Source of the DNA: Puniceicoccales bacterium
Lineage (GTDB): Bacteria; Verrucomicrobiota; Verrucomicrobiia; Opitutales; JAIRKQ01
Direction: 5' to 3'
DNA: 48,759 nucleotides
Assembly: GCA_031268375.1 (NCBI GenBank)
Contig: JAIRXJ010000028.1
Span: forward strand, 1 to 48,759
How positions within the stretch are numbered: the first letter of the stretch is position 1; every line of letters starts with the position of its first letter. The position numbers and the translations under genes were made by a program. Positions 17,498-27,950 of the stretch are shown here, one piece after another. The notes below the pieces were generated by a model. That model worked only from the letters and a program-made list of their open reading frames with translations. It was not told the origin of the DNA and ran no database searches.

Positions 17498-18439
17498 ATG
17501 AAAAATGTAAAGCTGCCTTTGGTTATATTTTTATACGTCATTACTTTTTTGGTGAGTGGGTGTAACTCTATGATTACGAATAATACCCCTAGTCAAATCC
17601 CCCAAAATGGTTCTGAAACCTACACCATTGCAATGTCCATTAATCCAAATGGAACATATTTTATTCCCAATAGTTGCTCGGCACATATTGTAATCGACGG
17701 AGAAATCCATAGAATGGATAAAAATAGTGATTTTGAGTACTCATACGATTACGCAAGATCGGCTGACCAGCATAAAGTGAACTACTATTACGAAATTGAT
17801 TACAAAAAAAAAGTTAGTGGCAATATCCGTGAAAAATCTCAACGCTCAAAGCTCTATGGTTTAACCATTATAAATAGATATGTTATTGGGTTTGAGAGTA
17901 ATCGAGGGGTTCCCGGTTCGAGGGGCACACTGCTTGGGCGCAGTTTCGAAAAAGGTGATTACGTAGAAATAGGAGGTGTGCCATGTGAAACTACTTTTGT
18001 TTCTCCAAACTCTCTATCCTTCGTTGTGCCAATATTGAGCCACGGTAACAGACACCATGCAAAATTAGTCAGCGATAATGGAGATATTGGGCTTGGGGTT
18101 TTTCACATCGATCGGGTATCTTTTCATAGCAACTTGTCCAGTATCAGTCTAGAGTCTGGAGAAAAACAAGTGCTTGTGGTTTCGATAAACTTTGATGCTC
18201 CCCAGGAAGGTATTGCAATAGATGTAACGACCAACATCCCGGACAGTATTATCATGAAAGATGTTTTCATACCCGCTGGAGCACGGTCAGCCAGCGTGGT
18301 AATTCAAGGAGGAATTGAGGGATCAGGAATGTTATATCTGGCGGCGGAAGGATTTGAGGAACTCAAAATTCCCGTTGAAGTAATTTCCTCGAATGAAGGA
18401 ACGAATGCGACCATCGACGATGGTATTAGCGATGATTAG
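17498..18439 (+). CDS. Lipoprotein with IPT/TIG (E-set Ig-like) domain
   Basis: Signal peptide plus lipobox MKNVKLPLVIFLYVITFLVSG|C. The middle region GTLLGRSFEKGDYVEIGGVPCETTFVSPNSLSFVVP is IPT/TIG-like. AGGA lies upstream of ATG 17498 (the track start at 17471 is TTG). Confidence 0.6.
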   Translation: MKNVKLPLVIFLYVITFLVSGCNSMITNNTPSQIPQNGSETYTIAMSINPNGTYFIPNSCSAHIVIDGEIHRMDKNSDFEYSYDYARSADQHKVNYYYEIDYKKKVSGNIREKSQRSKLYGLTIINRYVIGFESNRGVPGSRGTLLGRSFEKGDYVEIGGVPCETTFVSPNSLSFVVPILSHGNRHHAKLVSDNGDIGLGVFHIDRVSFHSNLSSISLESGEKQVLVVSINFDAPQEGIAIDVTTNIPDSIIMKDVFIPAGARSASVVIQGGIEGSGMLYLAAEGFEELKIPVEVISSNEGTNATIDDGISDD

Positions 18440-18455
18440 TTCTTAAATTTTTAAG

Positions 18456-20705
18456 ATGATAATATCCCCCGAAGAATTAGATAAATTTCTATGTGCTAGG
18501 CATGCTTTTCCCCATGACAGGTTGGGCATGCACCCGGTGACAAGAAATGGTGCTGTCCTTGGCATTGTGGTATGTGCATACTTACAAAACACAGAAAGAT
18601 GTGCCGTCGTTGATGTTTCCACCAACGAGAAATTCGACATGTCGAGGCTCAGTGATAGTGGATTTTTTGAGGTCTTCATTGAAAATCGCAGGGAAGTTTT
18701 TGGCTACCAAATTGTCATTGAAACCTACGAAGAGGATATAATCTTAAAACATGATCCATACGCGTTCCTTCCGACCGTAAGCGCCTTTGACTGTTATTTG
18801 TTTGGCCAAGGGAAACATCGCCGAATTTTCGATCGGCTGGGAGCATGTGTTCGTGAAATGAATGGGATTTTGGGCACATCATTTGCTGTTTGGGCTCCCA
18901 ATGCCAAACGCATATCGGTGGTCGGTGATTTTAATAATTGGGATGGCCGCTATTATCCGATGCGAATGTTGGGAGAATCTGGCATTTGGGAACTATTTGT
19001 CCCCGGCATTGGAAATTTTTCAAAATATAAATATGAATTAATCAACTCCCGCGATGAATTGGTATTGAAAAGCGATCCCTATGGAAGTTATTTTGAGGGG
19101 CCACCGAACAACGCCACCATCGTTTTTGACTCCTCGAATTTTGTGTGGAATGATCAGACATGGATGGGAAAACGTGCCGAAACCAAGTGGCATAACAGCC
19201 GAATGGCGATTTACGAAGTACACCTGGATTCATGGATGCGCGTTCCATCGGACGGAGATCGGCCATTGACATACGTCGAACTGGCAAAAAAACTGACGAA
19301 CTATGTCAAAAAAATGGGATTTACCCACGTGGAATTTATGCCGGTAACGGAATACCCATTTCTCAAATCATGGGGGTATCAGGTCACGGGGTACTTTGCT
19401 CCCACGTACCGCTATGGAACTCCCCTCGATTTTAAGAACTTGGTTGATCATCTACACACCAATAATATCGGAGTGATCATCGACTGGGTCCCTGCCCATT
19501 TCCCAAAGGATGCGTTTGCTTTGGCTGAATTTGACGGAACACGGCTTTACGAGCATGAGGATGAGCGTCGAAGATATCACGAAGATTGGGGAACTCTGGT
19601 ATTTAACTACGGGCGCCACGAGGTTCGAAATTTTCTAATTGGAAGCGTGTTAAATTGGTTCGAAAAATTCCACGTGGATGGTATCCGCGTAGATGCCGTC
19701 GCATCCATGCTATACCTCGACTATTCTCGTAAAAGTGGTAATTGGTTACCCAATTGCTATGGGGGAAAGGAGAATATCGAAGCCCTCGAATTTTTGCGTG
19801 AGATGAACGATGTGATCCACGAAATGTTTCCGGGGACCGTTACCATAGCCGAGGAATCCACTTCTTTTAGTGGCGTCACAAGAAGGACAAAATACTATGG
19901 TCTTGGGTTTGATTTTAAGTGGAACATGGGATGGATGCACGATACCTTGGACTATTTTTCCCATGACCCAATCTATCGCAAGCACAGCCATAACCAACTA
20001 ACATTTGCGATGTTGTACCAATATTCAGAAAATTTTATCAGTTCTATTTCCCATGATGAGGTCGTCTATGGCAAACGCTCGATGCTATATAAAATGCCTG
20101 GGGCGACTATTGCAGAAAAAGCACGGCACCTAATGGCCCTATACGCGTATATGTGGCTATGGCCCGGGAAAAAAACACTATTCATGGGATGTGAATTTGG
20201 GCAAAGCAATGAGTGGCAATATGACAAAAGCTTGGATTGGCATCTATTAAAGTACCCGGATCATAGGTCCATACAACGCCTGGTAACCGATTTGAACAAC
20301 CTCTACGGGCGGTATGATTTCTTGGCTAAATACGACATGGATTCTAGGGGTTTTGAATGGATTTCCTGCGATGATTGCAATAATTCGGTCATCGCATTTA
20401 TTCGGAAAGACATTGCCGATGGCAAGATGATTGTCGTTTGCAATTTTACGCCCGTTGAGCGTATTAACTACAGAATTGGAGTGCCGGAGAAGTGTTTCTG
20501 GAAAGAAATTTTTAACAGCGATTGCGAAGCATATGGAGGAATGAACCGTGGAAATTTTGGAGGCAAGGGGGCCGACAATTTACCATTCCATGGAAGGCCC
20601 TATTCCCTCGAATTATACCTTCCTCCATTGGGGGTACTCTGCCTCATCCCTAAAAAAAATACCTATCGAAGCGCTAAAGACATACACAATTTAGTCTCGG
20701 AGTAG
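18456..20705 (+). CDS. glgB: 1,4-alpha-glucan branching enzyme
   Basis: GH13 catalytic regions HVDGIRVDAVASMLY, TIAEESTS and ISHDEVV, plus the CBM48-like N-terminal region FAVWAPNAKRISVVGDFNNWD. Confidence 0.96.
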   Translation: MIISPEELDKFLCARHAFPHDRLGMHPVTRNGAVLGIVVCAYLQNTERCAVVDVSTNEKFDMSRLSDSGFFEVFIENRREVFGYQIVIETYEEDIILKHDPYAFLPTVSAFDCYLFGQGKHRRIFDRLGACVREMNGILGTSFAVWAPNAKRISVVGDFNNWDGRYYPMRMLGESGIWELFVPGIGNFSKYKYELINSRDELVLKSDPYGSYFEGPPNNATIVFDSSNFVWNDQTWMGKRAETKWHNSRMAIYEVHLDSWMRVPSDGDRPLTYVELAKKLTNYVKKMGFTHVEFMPVTEYPFLKSWGYQVTGYFAPTYRYGTPLDFKNLVDHLHTNNIGVIIDWVPAHFPKDAFALAEFDGTRLYEHEDERRRYHEDWGTLVFNYGRHEVRNFLIGSVLNWFEKFHVDGIRVDAVASMLYLDYSRKSGNWLPNCYGGKENIEALEFLREMNDVIHEMFPGTVTIAEESTSFSGVTRRTKYYGLGFDFKWNMGWMHDTLDYFSHDPIYRKHSHNQLTFAMLYQYSENFISSISHDEVVYGKRSMLYKMPGATIAEKARHLMALYAYMWLWPGKKTLFMGCEFGQSNEWQYDKSLDWHLLKYPDHRSIQRLVTDLNNLYGRYDFLAKYDMDSRGFEWISCDDCNNSVIAFIRKDIADGKMIVVCNFTPVERINYRIGVPEKCFWKEIFNSDCEAYGGMNRGNFGGKGADNLPFHGRPYSLELYLPPLGVLCLIPKKNTYRSAKDIHNLVSE

Positions 20706-20861
20706 CTCGATACCCAATTGAACATTACCATAGGCTACCTTTGCAAGTGACAACGCCCCAAGAATGGTAAGTCCTGATCCGCAAGTAGCAATCGCTCCTA
20801 CCGTTGTGACAGCCGCTCCTGCTACTTTGAGTGCTAGTTTTAGTTTTTCGCGGCCTTGCCC

Positions 20862-22223
20862 CTAGTAGATGACACTTTTATACCATTTCAAACTTTTATA
20901 GCGCCTGTACACTAGCAGTAGGCAGGAGGATATCCAGCAAGTGGATAGTAAATGCACAAGTATTGCGGAGTTCAGCATATTAAATGCGTATAACAATGCA
21001 ACGGGAAGGACAACGAAGCTCCAGAGGCATATTAGGTTGGTAATGTTCAGATATTTTGTATCGCCACCGGATATCAGCGTACCCCAAAAGATAGCACATT
21101 GGGATTCTATCACTATGTTAATGAATTGTATTTTGAAAATTATCGACAGTGTAGGATATAGATGCGTAATATCTTCATTTATGGTGCCAAGAATGCCACA
21201 GAATAGGCGGGGAGAAATAAGCAGTGGAAACATGAAAATAAAGCATAAAATCAATGTCAGGATGGTTAATTTTTTGAGCACCATGCCGATGGATGCCAAA
21301 TCTTTTTTCCCTATGAAATTAGCAGAAATTGCGGCGGTTCCTTTTGACAAACTGTCGCAAATAAAAGCAATCAATACGTAGACCGTCGTAGCGATCCCGT
21401 GGACCGTTGCCAGATCCTTCGATATATGACTCAGGGCTGCATATACCAAATACCACGCAAGTAACTCAACGCTTCGGCCAAATGACATCGGTAGGCCAAC
21501 TTTCAAACACTTTCTAAACATATCTTTGTCGAACTTACGATTCTTGGCCGTATGAAAATGCTGCCTGTTTTTTGAATTCCAAAAAACCCCTGCGAGGATT
21601 AAAATTTGTATGGTTTCGGCAATGATTGTTGCCTCCGCTGCCCCCTTACAGCCAAGGCTGGGAATAATGCCTTTGACCCCGAAAACTAACAAATAATCCA
21701 GGACAGCGTTGATAAGATTGCCAACGATAACGACTATCGTGATGATTTTTGTTTGTCCGCGGCCGATGAAAAAACCTGTAAATGCGGCTGCTAGTCCCGG
21801 CATCCAACAAAAATATGTAAGCAGCTGTTGGTATGCAATACCATCCTTGGCATAACACGCTGGAATCAGATTTAAATGGTCCGAAAAATACCCAATTGGG
21901 ACATAAAAGATCGCAGCAAATATTACCAGGTATATCATCTGCCAAACGGGGGCAGCAATTTTATCATACTTGCCGGCACCATTATACTGCCCGACGAAAA
22001 TTTCCGTAGTTCCTGTGATTGCCATCAAAAGAAACGCATAGAACCCCGCCAAATTGCCACCCAACATGGCCGCATTCATCGCATCCAAAGAGTATCGCAT
22101 CAGAATAAAGCGATCTATTAAAAACATCAAATTGGACGATAAACACGATAAAATTAGCGGAATTATAATCTTTGATATACCAGATATGGAAGTATCTATT
22201 TGTATTTTTTTCGTGAAACTCAT
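20862..22223 (-). CDS. MATE family efflux transporter (paralog)
   Basis: Polytopic, with VGQYNGAGKYDKIAAPVWQM similar to 6111..7517. ATG at 22223 is preferred over TTG at 22259. Confidence 0.85.
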   Translation of the reverse strand: MSFTKKIQIDTSISGISKIIIPLILSCLSSNLMFLIDRFILMRYSLDAMNAAMLGGNLAGFYAFLLMAITGTTEIFVGQYNGAGKYDKIAAPVWQMIYLVIFAAIFYVPIGYFSDHLNLIPACYAKDGIAYQQLLTYFCWMPGLAAAFTGFFIGRGQTKIITIVVIVGNLINAVLDYLLVFGVKGIIPSLGCKGAAEATIIAETIQILILAGVFWNSKNRQHFHTAKNRKFDKDMFRKCLKVGLPMSFGRSVELLAWYLVYAALSHISKDLATVHGIATTVYVLIAFICDSLSKGTAAISANFIGKKDLASIGMVLKKLTILTLILCFIFMFPLLISPRLFCGILGTINEDITHLYPTLSIIFKIQFINIVIESQCAIFWGTLISGGDTKYLNITNLICLWSFVVLPVALLYAFNMLNSAILVHLLSTCWISSCLLLVYRRYKSLKWYKSVIY

Positions 22224-22347
22224 ATAGTCGTTGCTTCTCAACCCGAGAAATTTTAACAACTAACCTTCTTTCCTATGTCTTCTAATTTCTTTGGAAAAGA
22301 AATGGAAAGTCAAGAGAATTGGAAGCCAAGTGGTATCAAATAAAGTT

Positions 22348-23406
<1,059 letters not shown>

Positions 23407-23409
23407 AAA

Positions 23410-25935
23410 ATGGCCGTCTTATCTTGCAAAATTCCTTGGGGCAATTTATTGTCAACAGCCGTCATAATGTTGCCCAATATTCCAGAGTGTGAATTTACGA
23501 AATCGTCCATAGTGTCTTGGAAGAAAAAATTGGCCCAATTTGACATGGGACAATACTTTGGGCGGCGTCCATGTTCCATAGCCAAAGGTGTGTTTGCCAC
23601 GCAGGCAATTAAGAGGATAGTTTTGAAAGAACACGAAGCTACAATCGGGGCATATTTTAACGGGGAAGTAATAAATTTTGACATATCCCTTGACCCTGTT
23701 GGACATCTTGAGACTTCGATCGATAGGTTAAACAAACTGAAAATTACTTCCCAAATTGTAACCATCGCTGCCCTAATGGCGATCACAAAGCTTGTAGATT
23801 CAGAAAATGTAGACCATGGAGAAGATAATTCCGTCCCTTCAATGGATTTCCCAAAGGACGAAATTGCCATGGATGATGGCATGGAAAAGGTGGATGAGAT
23901 AAAGAAGAGTAAATTTGAAAAAAATGTTTTGGTCAAATTCAGCATATGTAACAACGACGTCGTAATGCGTGCATTTTTAGACAACTCCGAAAAAAAACCA
24001 ATTTTCATGCAGAGTAGCAGTTCCATCACGGTGATCTCGGGCAACGTTAAAAAGATGTCTCTGCTGCGTTTGCTATTTTATGCTAAAAAGGCAAAATTTG
24101 AATTCTGTGCAGCCAATCGGGATTATCGTTCGAAAAATTTGAGGGATGCCATCGATTTAATGGGCGATAAATTCGGTGTCTGGGACAAATATTTTTATGT
24201 CCAATTCTCTCCCGAAATGCTATTTCTAAAGCGGAGGGCCATATTTCCAAATATTTGTGCCAAAGTCCATGAAATCGACCCAGAACACATAGAGATTAAA
24301 TGGGTTATTGAGACCGAATATGGGTTGATCGATCCTCAGAAAATGCCCGATCTACTAAAAGCAAATGGTCGCCTAATTTTCATAGAAAAAATAGGAGCCG
24401 TTGCACTAACCACCAATCAAATTTCTGTCATCCGCCATGTATTTTGCAGTGACCATGGGGTCAGATTACGCAAATACATCCTCTACGTATTGCTCAACCA
24501 ACACCACATTCGAGTGGACACATCGGGATGTAAAATTACCCACATTGATGTGGGTAGCGTAAAGTTTAAGTTGCCTGAATTTTTGAAAAACTACCAACGG
24601 GATGGCGTCTACGCGATGCAGGCAATTTTAGATGCAGGATGTCACTGTTTACTTGCCGATGAGATGGGACTTGGGAAAACTGTCCAGGTACTGTCTCTGA
24701 TTAGGGCCAATGGAAAGAACAAACATTCGCTGGTGGTTTGTCCTGCAAGCGTAGTTTCCGTTTGGCAAAAGGAGATAGAAAAATTCTTTCCCGATAAGGG
24801 TTTTGCTATCGTTGACAAATATTACAATTTTTCAAACAAGCCTAATTTTCTGCTGTGCAGCTATGCCCAGGTACATAAGATGAATGCGGAATTGCGGAAA
24901 TTATCCTTCGACTACCTTGTTCTGGATGAAGCGCAATATGTCAAAAATCCACGTTCCAAAACAATGCTGGCCTGCTGCAATGTCAATGGCCGGTTTAGGA
25001 TAGCCATTACCGGCACACCGATCGAAAATAACCTGATGGACATTTGGAGCATATTCAAGTTCCTAATGCCAGGATTTTTCTGTGGCTATAAACAGTTCCA
25101 AGAAAGCATAGGGCAGCTGGATTTTCGCCAAAATTTTCAGAAACAAATTACAACGTTTACCATTAGGCGGACCAAACAATCCGTCGCCATCGAACTACCA
25201 AAATGCAATGAAATTGAGATTGCTTGTAAAATGAATCACGCCCAGAGACTTGCCTACAATGCCATTAGGGATAATTTGCGCTCCAAGTTGACAAACTTAG
25301 ATACATCCAATTCAAAAATGCGTTTGAATATTTTGACGGCTATTACCCGTTTACGGCAAGCGGCGTGTTCACAATTTATCCTCCCGGAAGCTTTGCGCCA
25401 CAACAATTCCCGGGAGTCGCAAAAAATCGACATCCTGATGTTGAAACTGGAAACAATAGTGGCCGAGGGAAGAAAAGTCCTTGTGTTTAGCCAATTTTTA
25501 GAACTTTTGAAAGAAATAAAAAATAGACTCGCGGAAAACATTCCGGAGACAAAAGTATACTCTCTAACGGGGCTAACTTCCAATCGTAAAACACTGGTAG
25601 ACTCCTTTCAAAATATCAAAGGGAGTGCAGTTATGCTGATTAGTTTAAAGGCCGGTGGTGTTGGTCTAACCCTTCATGCGGCAGAATATGCTTTTCTGAT
25701 GGAACCATGGTGGAATCCAGCCGTTGAAGAACAGGCAATAGCAAGAATTCACAGAATTGGTCAAAAAAATATTACCACTGTCTACCGTCTAATCACGGAA
25801 GAATCCATTGAAGAACGTATGCGGGCGATCCAAGCATCTAAAAGCGAGTTATTCAATGACTTCATCAAGACCGGTGTTGACAACATCGCTATGACCAATT
25901 TTTTTCTAAAAAATCTAGAATCTTTACTGGACTGA
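23410..25935 (+). CDS. SNF2/SWI2 family helicase-like ATPase with ~410-aa uncharacterised N-terminal region
   Basis: Motifs LADEMGLGKT (I), LVLDEAQYVKN (II), ITGTPIEN (III), WWNPAVEEQAIARIHRIGQ (VI). Confidence 0.9.
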   Translation: MAVLSCKIPWGNLLSTAVIMLPNIPECEFTKSSIVSWKKKLAQFDMGQYFGRRPCSIAKGVFATQAIKRIVLKEHEATIGAYFNGEVINFDISLDPVGHLETSIDRLNKLKITSQIVTIAALMAITKLVDSENVDHGEDNSVPSMDFPKDEIAMDDGMEKVDEIKKSKFEKNVLVKFSICNNDVVMRAFLDNSEKKPIFMQSSSSITVISGNVKKMSLLRLLFYAKKAKFEFCAANRDYRSKNLRDAIDLMGDKFGVWDKYFYVQFSPEMLFLKRRAIFPNICAKVHEIDPEHIEIKWVIETEYGLIDPQKMPDLLKANGRLIFIEKIGAVALTTNQISVIRHVFCSDHGVRLRKYILYVLLNQHHIRVDTSGCKITHIDVGSVKFKLPEFLKNYQRDGVYAMQAILDAGCHCLLADEMGLGKTVQVLSLIRANGKNKHSLVVCPASVVSVWQKEIEKFFPDKGFAIVDKYYNFSNKPNFLLCSYAQVHKMNAELRKLSFDYLVLDEAQYVKNPRSKTMLACCNVNGRFRIAITGTPIENNLMDIWSIFKFLMPGFFCGYKQFQESIGQLDFRQNFQKQITTFTIRRTKQSVAIELPKCNEIEIACKMNHAQRLAYNAIRDNLRSKLTNLDTSNSKMRLNILTAITRLRQAACSQFILPEALRHNNSRESQKIDILMLKLETIVAEGRKVLVFSQFLELLKEIKNRLAENIPETKVYSLTGLTSNRKTLVDSFQNIKGSAVMLISLKAGGVGLTLHAAEYAFLMEPWWNPAVEEQAIARIHRIGQKNITTVYRLITEESIEERMRAIQASKSELFNDFIKTGVDNIAMTNFFLKNLESLLD

Positions 25936-25936
25936 C

Positions 25937-26335
25937 ATGGTGACGAAGAAAATTTTTGGCCGTAGAATTCGTAATTTGATTGCCGCATTCCGGGGATTGC
26001 CTCCGGAGGAAAGCACCTCGTGTCTAAAAAAAGCTAAAACCATCGGCACATCCATATCCGCCCTATTGAAAAAGTTCAACGTGGTAAAAATAACACCCCA
26101 GCAAATTATCCATCAAAACTGGCCATTCATTGTGGGGGAAAACATGGCCAGGCGCTGCTGTCCTGTAAAAATTTTGAACAATGACACCCTGATCATTCAC
26201 AGCGTAAGTGCAATAATTCGTTCCGAATTGCAAATTCAAAAGCTAAAAATTTTAGACAACCTCCACCAATTTCCAAATTGTGCGCAAATTTCCGATATTC
26301 GTTTCCTTGCTCACAAATCAACGGACACGGAGTAA
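25937..26335 (+). CDS. DUF721 domain protein (DciA-like)
   Basis: NWPFIVGENMARRCCPVKILNNDTLIIHSVSAIIRSELQIQKLKILDNL...ISDIRF fits the DUF721 pattern (W..ivG..la..t.p..l..g.L.v.v.s..w..eL). It starts 1 nt after the SNF2 stop. Confidence 0.55.
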   Translation: MVTKKIFGRRIRNLIAAFRGLPPEESTSCLKKAKTIGTSISALLKKFNVVKITPQQIIHQNWPFIVGENMARRCCPVKILNNDTLIIHSVSAIIRSELQIQKLKILDNLHQFPNCAQISDIRFLAHKSTDTE

Positions 26336-26386
26336 CAAAAATACGCCAAAAAAGAAATTTTTACCATGAAATTAAAATTCCATCGA

Positions 26387-26974
26387 CTATCCGATTTGGT
26401 AACGGACAAATCGACCAACCCTGATGTTCTCGCCTATGGTGGCTACGGATTGGGCAATGTATGCTCCCACTGAAATTTCCTGGACCTTTACGAATGGTTG
26501 ATCCAGCAAACATACTTCACTATGCCATTTGGCTAATTTTCCCGAGATAATTTTCTCTGCGGCATTGGCCGGCTTGCCAGCACACTGTTCAGCTGCAATG
26601 GAACATTCCCTTGCTTCGACTTCCGGAGGAATGTCACTGGCTGAAACATAGATGGGCGACATCGCTGCAATGTGCAAACAAATGTCCTTTGCGAGTTGCT
26701 GAAACGTTTCATTCTTTGCAACGAAATCAGTTTCACAGTTGAGTTCCAATAAAACCCCTATGCGGCCACCACTGTGAATGTAAGATTGAATGGTTCCCTC
26801 CATGGCTTCCCTCCCTGACTTTTTAGCGGCATTTATAATACCACGCTTTTTCAGGGAAAGTATCGCTTTTTCCATATCTCCTTGGGTCTCTACCAAGGCT
26901 TTCTTGCACTCCATCATGCCTGCACCGGACCGTTGGCGCAAATCATTTACCATTTTTGCACTAATCTCTACCAT
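26387..26974 (-). CDS. tsf: Translation elongation factor Ts (short, 195-aa form)
   Basis: UBA-like N-terminus AKMVNDLRQRSGAGMMECKKALVETQGDMEKA, then LLELNCETDFVAKNETF. It lies downstream of rpsB. Confidence 0.92.
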   Translation of the reverse strand: MVEISAKMVNDLRQRSGAGMMECKKALVETQGDMEKAILSLKKRGIINAAKKSGREAMEGTIQSYIHSGGRIGVLLELNCETDFVAKNETFQQLAKDICLHIAAMSPIYVSASDIPPEVEARECSIAAEQCAGKPANAAEKIISGKLAKWHSEVCLLDQPFVKVQEISVGAYIAQSVATIGENIRVGRFVRYQIG

Positions 26975-26985
26975 GTCAATCTTCC

Positions 26986-27819
26986 TTAATTTGCATTTTC
27001 GTTGTCAACTTCCAAAGTTTCCGTCAATAAATTCGTTGATATTTCGTCGACGATTTCCTTTGACATAGAAACTTCGGGAACAATCTTTATCATGTCATCC
27101 GTAGACAATAGCTTTTTCTTCGATGGCCTACGCTCTCCCCTGATTGCAATACCTTCTTGAACATCTTCTAGGAACAACCCCAATATCATCCTCATCGCTT
27201 TGGCAGAATCATCGTTGCACATGATTGGGTAATCGACAAGGGTGGGGTCTGAATTTGTATCAACAATGGCAAACACGGGAATACCAACTTTCTTTGCTTC
27301 CGCTACGGCAATGTGTTCATGCATTATATCAGCAATAAATAGGGCTGCCGGGGGTTCTTCGATCTGCATCAATCCTTCAAAAGAAGCGTGCATACGGTTC
27401 ATTTTACGCCGAACGGCCGCCGCTTCCTTTTTATGCATTTTAGCTAATTCACCACTTTCCTCCATGGTCAAAAATTTTTTATATTTGTTTAAACTGCATT
27501 CTATCGTTTGAAAATTCGTCAGAGTACCTCCCAACCACCGATTTATACAAAATGGCATGTCCACGGAGGTCGCTCCCTCTTTTGTAATGTCCCGTGCCTG
27601 TTTCTTAGTTCCAACGAACCAAATGTCACCTCCTCCGGCGACGATATTTTTGGACACCTCCCCTGCTTTTTCTATTTGTTCACACGTCTTTATAAGGTTG
27701 ATAATTGTTATCCCATTACGGTGATCAAAGATATATGGACGGGTTTTTGGGTTCCAACGCTTTTTCTGGTGTCCGAGGTGAACACCTGCTTCAAATAATT
27801 CCTCCGCTGAAGTTTTCAT
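26986..27819 (-). CDS. rpsB: 30S ribosomal protein S2
   Basis: GVHLGHQKKRWNPK, WLGGTLTNF, VDTNSDP. GGAG SD upstream. Confidence 0.96.
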   Translation of the reverse strand: MKTSAEELFEAGVHLGHQKKRWNPKTRPYIFDHRNGITIINLIKTCEQIEKAGEVSKNIVAGGGDIWFVGTKKQARDITKEGATSVDMPFCINRWLGGTLTNFQTIECSLNKYKKFLTMEESGELAKMHKKEAAAVRRKMNRMHASFEGLMQIEEPPAALFIADIMHEHIAVAEAKKVGIPVFAIVDTNSDPTLVDYPIMCNDDSAKAMRMILGLFLEDVQEGIAIRGERRPSKKKLLSTDDMIKIVPEVSMSKEIVDEISTNLLTETLEVDNENAN

Positions 27820-27950
27820 ATTTTTCTCCGTTTAGCTAGACTACGAACCATTCGCATATCCAACCATTATTAGATACCTGATGAATTTGACCTGGACGCT
27901 GCATATAAAATCGACATTGACAAGAACTTTTTAACAATCCAGAAAAATTT

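Noticed and set aside
20862-20864. Possibility that TAG is reassigned as a sense codon, prompted by the open frame after the MATE stop
   Set aside because: TAG terminates several well-defined genes at family-typical lengths: trxB at 4802..4804, ruvB at 5788..5790, the carrier protein at 6112..6114 and the SDR at 1775..1777. Genome-wide reassignment is therefore not supported.
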